Shown here piece by piece: positions 37,428 to 47,128 of a stretch of DNA of 59,020 bases. A model generated the notes under the pieces. The model did no database searches and was not told the origin of the DNA. It saw only the letters and a list, made by a program, of their open reading frames with translations. Origin of the DNA: Candidatus Desulfaltia sp. (lineage in GTDB: Bacteria; Acidobacteriota; Aminicenantia; Aminicenantales; UBA8522); contig DATKXS010000184.1 in the NCBI GenBank assembly GCA_035528895.1, positions 1 to 59,020 on the forward strand, read 5' to 3'. The position numbers were made by a program, and so were the translations under genes. Numbering within the stretch: position 1 is the stretch's first letter; each line of letters opens with the position of its first letter.

Positions 37428-37940
37428 ATGCCTTGGATGGAGAGGAGAGCAGTATACCCGGGCTTCTTCGATCCCATTACCAACGGCCACGTGGACATCA
37501 TCCTGCGGGGGTTGAGGCTGTTCGACATAATCATCGTCGCTGTGCTTAAAAATCCCAAAAAAGAGGCTCTTTTCTCGACTAAAGATAGGGTGACCATGAT
37601 CGAGGAGATCTTTGCCGATCAGCCGAAGATCGAGGTTAAGGCCTTCGGCGGACTTCTGGTCGAATTCGTCCGGAGCCTTCAGGCCCGGATCGTGATCCGG
37701 GGACTGCGGGCGGTTTCCGACTTCGAGTATGAACTGCAGATGGCTCTGATGAACCGCCAGCTCGACCCCGACATTGAGACACTCTACATGATGCCCAGCG
37801 TCCATTACTCCTTCCTGAGCTCCAGTGTGGTCAAGGAGGTCTTTTCGCTGGGCGGATGCGTCACCGGGCTGGTTCCGGAGATCGTGGAAAACCGGCTCCG
37901 AGAAAAGCTCCGACAGGGCAAGCTATCGGTTTCTCATTAA
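37428..37940 (+). CDS. coaD: Phosphopantetheine adenylyltransferase
   Basis: AVYPGFFDPITNGH, IRGLRAVSDFEYE and SSSVVKE. Confidence 0.95.
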   Translation: MPWMERRAVYPGFFDPITNGHVDIILRGLRLFDIIIVAVLKNPKKEALFSTKDRVTMIEEIFADQPKIEVKAFGGLLVEFVRSLQARIVIRGLRAVSDFEYELQMALMNRQLDPDIETLYMMPSVHYSFLSSSVVKEVFSLGGCVTGLVPEIVENRLREKLRQGKLSVSH

Positions 37941-37965
37941 AACCTTAATAAAGGCAGGCGCAAAC

Positions 37966-39045
37966 ATGCTCGGTTTAAACCAAGAAAAAGGGATCGTCGG
38001 ATTGGACATCGGTTCTTATTCTATCAAGGCGGTCGAGCTTGCTGCCAAGAAGAAAAAGGACCGGGACGTTTTCGAAGTCGTCCGCATCGGCTACGAGCTG
38101 CTCCCCCATGACGCCATCGTCGAAGGAACGATCATCGACTCCACCGCCGTCGTCGAAACGATCAAGATGATCTTCGACGAGAACAAGTTCAAGAACCGGA
38201 ACGTCGCCATCTCCATTTCCGGCAACTCGGTGATCATCAAGAAGATCTCTCTGCCGGCCATGGACAAGGAGGAACTGGCCGAATCCATCGTCTGGGAGGC
38301 CAAGCACAACATCCCCTATCCCTATGAGGAAACCAACGTCGACTACGCCATCCTCCGGCCGCCCCGCGGTTCAGAGGAACGGAATCTGGACATCCTCCTG
38401 GTCGCCGCCAAGAAAGACAAGATCGCCAACTACAGCAACGTGGTCAACCAGGCCCGCAAGAACCTCGTGGCTATCGACATCGACGTCTTCGCCCTCCAGA
38501 ACTCCCTGGAGGTGAACTACCCCGAAGATTTTCAATCCAAGATCCTGGCCGTCGTCAACATCGGGGCCAATATCACCAATGTGGCGATCATCGAGCGGGG
38601 AACATCGCAGCTCGTCCGCGACCTCTCGCTCGGCGGTTTCTTCTTCATCGAGAACATCCGCAAGGAACTGAACCTCAGCTTCGACGAAGCCGAGAAGCTG
38701 CTCAAAGGAATTCCCGTCAAGAGCGTGGCTCCCGAGAAGGTGGACGAACTGGTCAGTTTCAACGTCAAGGACTTGCTCGATGAGATCGACAAGACCTTTT
38801 CCTTTTACGAGGCCGGTGAGAAGAAAGAAAAGAAAATCGAACAAATTTATCTGAGTGGCGGATTGGCCCAACTCAAGAACATCGCCCAGTCCTTCGAGCA
38901 GAAGTTCGGGATCAAGACCGAGGCGTTCAATCCCTTCCGCAACGTCGCCTTTGATGAGAAAAGGCTCGAACCCGTCTATCCGCAGGAAATGGCCCCCCTC
39001 TTCGGTGTGGCCGTCGGGCTCGCCATCAGGAAAATGGAAAAGTAA
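37966..39045 (+). CDS. pilM: Type IV pilus assembly protein PilM
   Basis: VGLDIGSYSIK, YLSGG and VAVGLA (actin-like fold). First gene of pilMNOPQ. Confidence 0.95.
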   Translation: MLGLNQEKGIVGLDIGSYSIKAVELAAKKKKDRDVFEVVRIGYELLPHDAIVEGTIIDSTAVVETIKMIFDENKFKNRNVAISISGNSVIIKKISLPAMDKEELAESIVWEAKHNIPYPYEETNVDYAILRPPRGSEERNLDILLVAAKKDKIANYSNVVNQARKNLVAIDIDVFALQNSLEVNYPEDFQSKILAVVNIGANITNVAIIERGTSQLVRDLSLGGFFFIENIRKELNLSFDEAEKLLKGIPVKSVAPEKVDELVSFNVKDLLDEIDKTFSFYEAGEKKEKKIEQIYLSGGLAQLKNIAQSFEQKFGIKTEAFNPFRNVAFDEKRLEPVYPQEMAPLFGVAVGLAIRKMEK

Positions 39046-39046
39046 C

Positions 39047-39679
39047 ATGATCCGAATCAACCTCTTAAAACCGGAAAGCAAAGAGTTCAGGGAAGGGCCC
39101 GTCGTCGCCGGGCCGAAGTTCAAGGCCAAGAAGGCCTTTCCCATCACCTCGGTCTTCGCGCTGCTCCTCATTGTTGTCCTGGCCGCCGCCTTTTTTCTTC
39201 AAAAGAGGATGATCAACCAGGAAAAAGAGCGGCTCCAGACCGCCCAGGCCGAGAAGAAGAAGCTCGAGTACGTCATCGCCAAGCTGGATGAGCTCGAGAA
39301 GCAGAAGGCCCTATTCGAGCGCAAGATCGGCCTCATCATCCAGCTGCGCGCCCAACAGGACAGCGCCGTCACCATCATGGACGAGCTCAGCAGGAAGCTC
39401 CCGGACTGGATTTGGCTGACCGAGGTCTCCTGCCAGGGCCAGATGATCCAGATCAAAGGGAACGCCCTGTCCAACAACCTCATCGCCGATTATATCTACA
39501 ACCTGGAGAGCAGCCCCCACCTTACCAACATCAACCTTATCTCCTCCACTCAGAAGTCGGGACGGAACGCCCAGTTCCTCGAGTTCTCGCTGACCCTGAA
39601 CTACGTGCTGCCCGCGGCCGCGCAGCCGCCCCCCCAGAAAGCCGCGGCCAAGCCGAAGCCCAAAGCCAAGAAAAGGTGA
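39047..39679 (+). CDS. pilN: Type IV pilus assembly protein PilN
   Basis: MIRINLL motif, one TM helix and PDWIWLT. Confidence 0.93.
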   Translation: MIRINLLKPESKEFREGPVVAGPKFKAKKAFPITSVFALLLIVVLAAAFFLQKRMINQEKERLQTAQAEKKKLEYVIAKLDELEKQKALFERKIGLIIQLRAQQDSAVTIMDELSRKLPDWIWLTEVSCQGQMIQIKGNALSNNLIADYIYNLESSPHLTNINLISSTQKSGRNAQFLEFSLTLNYVLPAAAQPPPQKAAAKPKPKAKKR

Positions 39680-39684
39680 TCATC

Positions 39685-40269
39685 ATGAAAAACACGCCCT
39701 GGTACGGCTACATCCTTTTAGCGGTGATCATTCTCGGACTAGCCTTTTTCCTTTATTTCAAGCCTCAACAGGCCGAGCTCAACCAGATCAAGGTGGAGAG
39801 GCAGAACGTGGAAAAAGAAGTCCAGTCATTCCTCGAAAAGAAACAGCAGCTGGACATTATCGAAGCCGAGCTGGCCACCCTCACCCAGACCCTGAAAGAG
39901 CTGGAAGTGATCATCCCTCTCAGGAAGGAGGTCGATGTCATCCTCAGGCGGGTCCAGCAGATGGCTTTCGATTCCAGGCTGGACCTAATCCGCTTCACTC
40001 CCCGGGGAGAGGTCAACCGGGAATTCTACTCGGAATGGCCGATCCCGATGGAGATCCGGGGGAATTATCATAACCTGGCTTCCTTCTTCGACCGGCTGAG
40101 CAAGTTCGCCCGCATCTTCAACATCGAGAACTTCACGATCAAAGCCCTGAATAACCAGACGGATGATTTGACCATCTCCTCCAACTTCACGGCCAAGACT
40201 TACATCTTCCTGGAAGAGGCGGAAACCGCGCCGGCGGCAAAACCTCAGCCCACGAGGAGGACAAGATGA
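39685..40269 (+). CDS. pilO: Type IV pilus assembly protein PilO
   Basis: TM helix, coiled coil and EFYSEWPI..GNYHNLASFF. Confidence 0.92.
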   Translation: MKNTPWYGYILLAVIILGLAFFLYFKPQQAELNQIKVERQNVEKEVQSFLEKKQQLDIIEAELATLTQTLKELEVIIPLRKEVDVILRRVQQMAFDSRLDLIRFTPRGEVNREFYSEWPIPMEIRGNYHNLASFFDRLSKFARIFNIENFTIKALNNQTDDLTISSNFTAKTYIFLEEAETAPAAKPQPTRRTR

Positions 40270-40724
40270 AACATCCCGGCATTCTGCTGCTTTGTCTGAG
40301 CCTTTTTCTCGGAGGGATCGGCCTCCTCTTCCCGCAGGAGCAGAAGCCCGCGCCGGAGAGGGAGCCTCTCATCGACCTGCAGATGAACCAGCCCACCTAC
40401 GACGCCTCCGGCCGGAGGGATCCCTTCAAGAATCTCCTGGGCGGAAAAGAGCTCAAGGATAAGTCGGCGCTCGGCGCAGCGCCTCAGCTCTTTATCGATG
40501 ATATCAACCTCATCGGGATCGTCAAATACAAAAAGAAGTATACGGCCATCCTCAGCGGTCCCCAGGGATTCCCGTACTATTTCGAGATCGGCGATAAGTT
40601 ATCGGACGGGTTCACCCTGTCGATCGGAGAGACCCAGGTCATCTTTCGCAAGACCAACGAGCGGGGCATCCCTTTGACTAAACCCAAAGATATCATCAAA
40701 GAAATAAACCCAGAGGAGCGTTAA
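40266..40724 (+). CDS. pilP: PilP-like protein
   Basis: YDASGRRDPF motif and LIGIV. Lies between pilO and pilQ. Confidence 0.75.
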   Translation: MKHPGILLLCLSLFLGGIGLLFPQEQKPAPEREPLIDLQMNQPTYDASGRRDPFKNLLGGKELKDKSALGAAPQLFIDDINLIGIVKYKKKYTAILSGPQGFPYYFEIGDKLSDGFTLSIGETQVIFRKTNERGIPLTKPKDIIKEINPEER

Positions 40725-40727
40725 AAC

Positions 40728-43040
40728 ATGAAAAGGAAAGCTTATTGGCTGCTCTTCACCACCCTGAGCCTTGTGGTTGTTTTCGCCGGCTATGGGCACG
40801 GTTCCCCTGCCGCGGCCACGATAAATAAGATCACCGCTCAACCGGGTCAGCTGAACAACTGGGTCGTCCTGGAAACAGACAAGCCCCTGACTCTCACCCG
40901 GACCTACTACGCGGACAAGGCGCTCGTCCTCGAGCTCGACCACGTCAACCTCAGCGCTCAGCCCCAGATCCAGACGGCCGATTCCCCGCTCGTCACCGCT
41001 ATCCAGCTGGAAAGAGCGGGGGCCGAACGGGCCCGGTTGTCGATCCATCTCCGCGAACCCGTTCCCTTCACGGTCACGGTCGAGGAGAACCGGACGGTCG
41101 TGGCACTGAACAGGATCCAGAGGGGACCGGGAGATCCCCCGATCGAGACCCAGGTCCAGCAGCAGTTGGACGAGAGCGCCGGTTCGACGGTCTTCATGAA
41201 CACGGTGAACATGGAAAACAAGGAGGGCGAGGTTCAATTCCGGGCCAAGCTCAGCGGCGGCATCGTTTCTCAGGTCTTCACGCTGGAAAATCCCCTGCGC
41301 CTGGTTGTCGATGTCTTCAACGCGGTTTACGAAGAGCCGGCCTCCTTGCTTCCGGTTGATCGGTACGGATTGAAAAAGGTTCGGGTTGCCCAATTCCAGC
41401 TCAGCAATCCCCGCTCCATCACTCGGATGGTCTTCGACCTGAAGGAACCTTTATATTACAGTCTCCGCTCGGACAGCGACGAGATCGTCGTTTCGTTTAT
41501 CAAGAACGAGACTCCGGTCCTGGCCTCAGCCGGCGGACCCGCTGTCCGGAAGTCGGACCCCCCTCCCCCGCCCCCGGTTGTGAACGCTCCCCAGATCGAA
41601 GCCGCTCCCAAGGCCGAGGTCAAGTCCCTTGTTCCCGCCGCCCCGGCCAAAGCGGATAACGGAAAGAACGGCAAGGCCGCTACCGAAAAAAGCGCTCCGC
41701 CGCCCACCCGGCAAGAGGACTTGAACATCGGTCAGGAACAGGAACAGAGATACCAGCCCAAAACTCTCATGGAAAGAGAGGTCAAATACACGGGTGAGAT
41801 CATCTCCCTGAAGTTCAAGGATGCCGACCTCCGGGATGTCATCCTCTATCTCGGTGACTTCGCTAAGCTAAACGTCGTCTTCGACCCCGAGGTCAGGGGC
41901 GTCGTGACCTGTAACCTCGAGGATGTCCCCTGGGATCAAGCCCTTGATATTCTTCTCCGCAATAACAAGCTCGGCAAGGTCCTGGAGGGGAACGTCCTCC
42001 GCATCGCCCCGGTCAGCGTGCTGACCCGGGAGGACGAGGACCAGAGAAAGCTACGGGAGAGTAAAGAACTCGCCGGTCCGATCATCGTCAAGACAGTCAC
42101 CCTGTCCTATTCCAAGGCCCGGGACGTGATGGCTCTCCTGAACGCCAAGAAATCACAGCGGGGCGAGATCACCATCGACGAACGGACGAACACGCTGATC
42201 ATCTCCGACGTCCGGGAGAACCTGGACCTCCTCGAGAGACTGCTCTCCGTCCTGGACACGCCCACGCCGCAGGTGTCGATCGAAGCGCGGATCGTCGAGG
42301 CCACCTCGACCTTCATCCGCAACCTCGGCATCCAGTGGGGCTGGCGTGGAGTGGCCGATCCTTTCTACGGAAACCAGACCAGCCTCCAGTTCCCCAACAA
42401 GGCACTGGTGGACGGCTCGGTGATCCCCCAGGGCATCGTGACCAAGGGGATCGGCGGCCCGCTCGGCGGATACTCCATCAACCTGCCGGCGCCCGCCTTC
42501 AACACCGCCCTCGGGTTCTCCTTTGCCAACATCCTGGACACGTTCCGGCTGGACATGTACCTCTCCGCCCTGGAGCATGCCGGAGAAGGCCGGATCATCT
42601 CGAGTCCCAAGGTCACGACCCAGAACAACCAGCAGGCTGAGATCGTCCAAGGCCGGCAGATCCCGGTTCAGACGGTGGCCAATTTCACGGTCACGACGCG
42701 TTACGTCAATGCCGCCCTGGAGCTCCGGGCCACGCCCCAGATCACGGCCGAAGGGACGATCATCATGACGATCGAGATCCAGAACAACGCCGCCGATTTC
42801 GCCAACCTGGTCAACGGCATTCCGCCGATAACCACCCAAAGCGCCAGGACGACGGTGATGATCCCCGACGGCGGGACCACGGTCATCGGCGGCATCTACC
42901 GGACGGAGGATTCGATCACCCGAGAACGGGTACCGTTCCTGCACACCATACCCATCCTGGGCAACCTGTTCAAATCGTTCGCCCGGACGAAACAGAATCG
43001 GGAGTTACTCATCTTTATCACTCCCCGAATCATAAAATAA
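40728..43040 (+). CDS. pilQ: Type IV pilus secretin PilQ with AMIN domains
   Basis: AMIN-like repeats, YTGEIISLKFKDAD, VPWDQAL, PQVSIEARIVEA, VPFL..IPILGNLF and ELLIFITPRII. Confidence 0.95.
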   Translation: MKRKAYWLLFTTLSLVVVFAGYGHGSPAAATINKITAQPGQLNNWVVLETDKPLTLTRTYYADKALVLELDHVNLSAQPQIQTADSPLVTAIQLERAGAERARLSIHLREPVPFTVTVEENRTVVALNRIQRGPGDPPIETQVQQQLDESAGSTVFMNTVNMENKEGEVQFRAKLSGGIVSQVFTLENPLRLVVDVFNAVYEEPASLLPVDRYGLKKVRVAQFQLSNPRSITRMVFDLKEPLYYSLRSDSDEIVVSFIKNETPVLASAGGPAVRKSDPPPPPPVVNAPQIEAAPKAEVKSLVPAAPAKADNGKNGKAATEKSAPPPTRQEDLNIGQEQEQRYQPKTLMEREVKYTGEIISLKFKDADLRDVILYLGDFAKLNVVFDPEVRGVVTCNLEDVPWDQALDILLRNNKLGKVLEGNVLRIAPVSVLTREDEDQRKLRESKELAGPIIVKTVTLSYSKARDVMALLNAKKSQRGEITIDERTNTLIISDVRENLDLLERLLSVLDTPTPQVSIEARIVEATSTFIRNLGIQWGWRGVADPFYGNQTSLQFPNKALVDGSVIPQGIVTKGIGGPLGGYSINLPAPAFNTALGFSFANILDTFRLDMYLSALEHAGEGRIISSPKVTTQNNQQAEIVQGRQIPVQTVANFTVTTRYVNAALELRATPQITAEGTIIMTIEIQNNAADFANLVNGIPPITTQSARTTVMIPDGGTTVIGGIYRTEDSITRERVPFLHTIPILGNLFKSFARTKQNRELLIFITPRIIK

Positions 43041-43051
43041 GGGGTGCGACC

Positions 43052-43648
43052 ATGAAAAACATGAAGAAGGTATTCGGCACAGCGGTCATCATTTCGGCTT
43101 TCCTGGTGCTCAATTCCTGCAACCCGGTCGAGGACGATTCCCGGTCGGCCAGCTGGCTCATCATCGATAACATCCTGGGCACGGATGCCGACGGCACCAG
43201 CGCGAATTTCCTGCAGTCCGATGTCCTGTTGAGCACGGGAAGCGTCCGGTCGGATTCGGCCACGGCAACCCTCCGGGCGGAGACCCTGGACTCTGACCCG
43301 CTCCTGGGAACGTCCCAGTACAACGATATCGTCGTAACCCGTTACCTGGTGAGTTTCACCCGGACGGATGGCAGGAATGTCCCCGGTCAGGATGTCCCTT
43401 ATCCCTTCGAAGGGTCGATGTCCACCGTCGTCAAGGCCGGCTCGACGGCATCGTTCAGCCTGGTCCTGGTGAGGGAGGTCGCCAAGCTGGAGACTCCCCT
43501 GATCGAGCTGGGCGACCTCGGAGCGGAGATGGTCCTGGCCTGCACGGCCAAGGTCGAATTCTACGGCCATGACATGGTGAACAGGACGGTCAAGGCCACC
43601 GGCTACCTGACCGTCTATTTCGCCAATTACGTGGATCAGGCCAACTGA
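43052..43648 (+). CDS. Putative lipoprotein, beta-rich
   Basis: Signal II with lipobox LVLNSC. Directly after pilQ. Confidence 0.75.
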   Translation: MKNMKKVFGTAVIISAFLVLNSCNPVEDDSRSASWLIIDNILGTDADGTSANFLQSDVLLSTGSVRSDSATATLRAETLDSDPLLGTSQYNDIVVTRYLVSFTRTDGRNVPGQDVPYPFEGSMSTVVKAGSTASFSLVLVREVAKLETPLIELGDLGAEMVLACTAKVEFYGHDMVNRTVKATGYLTVYFANYVDQAN

Positions 43649-43677
43649 TAAAACCCGAGTATGAAAAGGTGATCAAC

Positions 43678-44154
43678 ATGAAGACAAACAAAAAGCCTGT
43701 TTTGATCGCGATCTCTTTGGCCTTGATTCTTTTCGCTCTCAATTCTTGCAAGAGTGATACCATCAGCGAACCTTCTCCCTTGGGCCCTTCTTCGATTGCG
43801 GTCATTCTCAACCTGACCGCCAGTCCCAATGCGATCATTGCGGGCCCTTACGAGCGGCAGATGGCCACGATCACAGCCACGCTGAAAAAATACGACGGGA
43901 TTCCTCTGGCCGGTCAAACTGTCTTGTTCAAAATAGACTCCCCCCGTGGCAGCCTCGGCTATTTCGAAGACAAATTGGATTTTCTGACAAAAACCACAGA
44001 CGCGAACGGTACTGTCCAGACCAGCTACTATGGCCCGCTCTACAACGAATTGGGGAGGGAAATGACGATCTACATCCGGGCGACGGTTGCCTGGGAGGGG
44101 TCCCAGTTTATTTCCGACAAAACCCCTATCTATGTTATTCGCAGCGACGAGTAA
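43678..44154 (+). CDS. Putative lipoprotein with a bacterial Ig-like (Big_1-like) domain
   Basis: Lipobox FALNSC, ITATLK..GIPLAGQTVLF and TTDANG. Confidence 0.72.
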   Translation: MKTNKKPVLIAISLALILFALNSCKSDTISEPSPLGPSSIAVILNLTASPNAIIAGPYERQMATITATLKKYDGIPLAGQTVLFKIDSPRGSLGYFEDKLDFLTKTTDANGTVQTSYYGPLYNELGREMTIYIRATVAWEGSQFISDKTPIYVIRSDE

Positions 44155-44225
44155 CAATTGACCTTGATCCGCGAAGCTGATCCCGGGATACGGAGGTTTT
44201 TCTTTCGGGACTTGCGCCTTTCTTC

Positions 44226-46376
44226 TTAATCGAAGAAAAAAACAGACTTTTTTGTTCGAATCCCCGGGAGTATTTGAGCCAGAATTTTGGCTATCTTCTC
44301 AGTTCTCCGTGCCCTGAGAGTCACCTGGACGCGGTGAAGCCCCCTCATTCTGGCTATCGGGGCCAAGGCAGGCCCGTAAACCTGAATGCCTTTTCCTATC
44401 GTTTTGACCTGACTGGCAAACATTCTCGCCGTTCCGGCCAGCCGGCGCAAATTCTCGCCGCTGAAGACGACTTCCGCCAAGGAAGAAAAGGGCGGATAGT
44501 CGAGAAGGCGGCGGAACTCGAGCTCCCGCTCGTAAAACGCCGCGTAGTCCCCCCGGGCTGCCTCCCGGATGCTGTAATGGTCGGGTGCGAACGTCTGGAT
44601 AAAAATCTCGGCGCCTTTTTCCTCCCGCAGGAAACGGAAGGCCCGGGAGATCGCCTGGTAGGCTTTCTGCCCCGACCGGAAGTCAGCCAGATGAAGGACC
44701 ATCTCCGGATGGAGGATGCCGACAAGCGCAACCGGCGGAAGGCCGGCTTTGTGGGCCAGGAATTGCGTCCCGACCAGGATATCGATTTCCCTTTTCTCAA
44801 ACCCCCCCAGAAGAGACTCCCTTTCCTTTTTCCGGCCGGCTTCGTCGGCGGCGAAGACCTCGATTCGCTTCCGGGGAAATGTCCGTCTCAAATCCTCGGC
44901 CACGGCCTCGATCCCGGCGCCCCTCCTGGCGGTCAGGCGCCCCCGGCAGCGCGGGCAATTCATCTCTGCCGGAACGGTCCGGCGGCAGGCATGGCAGACC
45001 AGCTTTCCTTCGCTCCTATGGTAGGCCAGGGAAAGATCACAGCGGTCGCAGCTCGGTACGAACCCGCATCGGTTGCAGACGAGATAGGAGGCATAACCCC
45101 GGCGGTTGAAAAACAGGATAGCTTGCTCGTGCCCGTCCAGCCGCTCCTGGATGGCCCTGATCAGCCGGGGATCGATCAGCCCTGAACGGCCGCGGAAATC
45201 GAGCAGGGTTACTTTCGGTCTGAAAGACTCAGGGCCGAGATCGATCAGATAACGGCCTTTTCGGGCCCGCTGGAAGGATTCGATCGTCGGCGCAGAGCTG
45301 CCCAGCACCAGGACGGCCTTCTCCTCCTCAGCCCGGAGCCTCGCTGCCCTCCGCACATCAAAGGGCAGTCCCTCCTGCTGAGAATAACTTTCGTCTTGCT
45401 CTCCGTCGAGGATGATCAGACGGAGGTTGTCGAGCGGCGAGAAAAGCGCCGAGCGGGATCCGATGACAACCTGGACACGGCGCTCTCTGACCTTTTGCCA
45501 TTCGAGTTCTCGCTGTCTGTCCGTCATCTGGCTGTGCAGGAGCGCCAGCCCGTCTCCAAGGCTCTTCTCGAACTCCTCGATCAAGGCCGGCGTTAGAGAG
45601 ATTTCGGGGACGAGAAAAAGGACGCGCCCCGAGCTCGAGACCGCCTCCCGAAGAAGACGGGAATAGACGGCCTTTCGCCGTCCGGCCGGACCGAAAAGGA
45701 GAAAGGGAGAGAAGGCCTTTTTCGCCATCGCCCCGGAGATCGTCCCGGCCGCCCGGAAGACCGTCTCACCCGAAGAGAAGTCCAGCTCGAGCTGGGCGGA
45801 TCCTCGGGTGGCCTCGGGTCGGATCCTTCGACGCACCTGCCGGACCGATTTCTCGACCGTAACAAGCTCCTTTTTCCGCATCCTGGACAGGAGAGCGGAG
45901 ACGTTCTTGACCCGGCTTTTCCTCTCCAGGAAAAGCGGCGAATGGGGCCTTGTCCCGAGCAGAGCCGCCAGTTGGCATTCGTCTTCGCTGAGGAGACCTT
46001 TCTCAAGGGCCTCTTTTCCTTGCGGCGTCAGGGAGACAGAAGCCCTGCTCCTGACGAAGAGAGAAGGCGGCACCGCGGACTGGAGCATTTCTCCCCAGGG
46101 AACAAGAAAGGATCGGCCGACCCTCCGGGCGAAGGCAAGAAGCTGGGGAGTGAAGAGAGGTGTCTCATCCAGCACCTCGGCGACGGGCTTGACCTTCATG
46201 GCCCGCTCGGGCTTTCTTTTCCTGAGACCGACCACGATTCCCGTCAGCCAACGTTCTCCGAGCGGGACGAGGACGCGCGAGCCCACCCGGGCTTTCCCTT
46301 CCATCTCCTTGGGCAGAGAGTATGTGTAGGGTTGATCGAGAGGGAGGGGCAGGATGACGTCGGCGTAGAGCGTCAT
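44226..46376 (-). CDS. priA: Primosomal protein N' (PriA) with degenerate helicase motifs
   Basis: Start [13 protein letters not shown] (ATGA overlap with udg). Four CxxC pairs, FFNRRGYAS and YPPF. ATPase motifs are altered. Confidence 0.92.
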   Translation of the reverse strand: MTLYADVILPLPLDQPYTYSLPKEMEGKARVGSRVLVPLGERWLTGIVVGLRKRKPERAMKVKPVAEVLDETPLFTPQLLAFARRVGRSFLVPWGEMLQSAVPPSLFVRSRASVSLTPQGKEALEKGLLSEDECQLAALLGTRPHSPLFLERKSRVKNVSALLSRMRKKELVTVEKSVRQVRRRIRPEATRGSAQLELDFSSGETVFRAAGTISGAMAKKAFSPFLLFGPAGRRKAVYSRLLREAVSSSGRVLFLVPEISLTPALIEEFEKSLGDGLALLHSQMTDRQRELEWQKVRERRVQVVIGSRSALFSPLDNLRLIILDGEQDESYSQQEGLPFDVRRAARLRAEEEKAVLVLGSSAPTIESFQRARKGRYLIDLGPESFRPKVTLLDFRGRSGLIDPRLIRAIQERLDGHEQAILFFNRRGYASYLVCNRCGFVPSCDRCDLSLAYHRSEGKLVCHACRRTVPAEMNCPRCRGRLTARRGAGIEAVAEDLRRTFPRKRIEVFAADEAGRKKERESLLGGFEKREIDILVGTQFLAHKAGLPPVALVGILHPEMVLHLADFRSGQKAYQAISRAFRFLREEKGAEIFIQTFAPDHYSIREAARGDYAAFYERELEFRRLLDYPPFSSLAEVVFSGENLRRLAGTARMFASQVKTIGKGIQVYGPALAPIARMRGLHRVQVTLRARRTEKIAKILAQILPGIRTKKSVFFFD

Positions 46377-47128
46377 GTTTTGCTGAGGACGGCCATGACC
46401 TGCTTCATGTCCTGCCAGACAAGCTTCTTGAGCTCCTTGTTGCCTTCGTTCCGGACGATATAGGATGGATGGAAGGTGGGCATAACGAGGATCTTCCCGG
46501 ACTCGACGAATTGCCCCCTCAGCTTGGTCATCCCCGTCGGTGAGGGATGGAAAAAGTCGGTAGCCACCTTGCCCAGCGACACGATCACCCTGGGGGCGAT
46601 CGCCTCGATCTGGGCGATGAGGTAGGGCCGGCAGGCCTCGATCTCTTCCCGGACCGGCGTGCGGTTCTTGGGCGGTCGGCATTTGACGATGTTGGTGATG
46701 TAGACGTCTTCGCGCTTGAAGCCCATGGCCGCGATGATCCTGCTCAGGAGCTGCCCGGCCCGGCCGACGAACGGTCGGCCCTGGGAGTCTTCGTCCGCAC
46801 CCGGACCCTCGCCGACGAACATCAATTCCGCCCGGTCATTGCCTTCCCCGGGGACGGCGTGCGTCCGACCCTGAGAGAGAGGGCAAAGGGTGCAGGTTAG
46901 GATCCTCTGGTTCAGGTCTTGGAGGACCTTCGACTTCTCCGCGCCGCCCGTTCGTTGGATATGGGATCGGGGAGCCGCCTCCGCGGACGGCGTTATACCC
47001 ACTTCCGGGCCCTTCATCAGAGTTTTTCTTTTTCCCCCCGGAGCAAAGATGAACTCGGCGCCGATATCGGAAAGGAAGCGGAGTTCCCGCTCGAGGCGCT
47101 CGAGGCGCGGCCTATTTTTTTCGGTCAA
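46373..47128 (-). CDS. udg: Uracil-DNA glycosylase family 4 (Fe-S)
   Basis: [26 protein letters not shown] and FHPSY. Confidence 0.93.
   Translation of the reverse strand: MTEKNRPRLERLERELRFLSDIGAEFIFAPGGKRKTLMKGPEVGITPSAEAAPRSHIQRTGGAEKSKVLQDLNQRILTCTLCPLSQGRTHAVPGEGNDRAELMFVGEGPGADEDSQGRPFVGRAGQLLSRIIAAMGFKREDVYITNIVKCRPPKNRTPVREEIEACRPYLIAQIEAIAPRVIVSLGKVATDFFHPSPTGMTKLRGQFVESGKILVMPTFHPSYIVRNEGNKELKKLVWQDMKQVMAVLSKT

Noticed and set aside
46377-46682. 102-aa N-terminal extension of PriA
   Set aside because: Overlaps udg in another frame. PriA homology starts at MTLYADV (46376).
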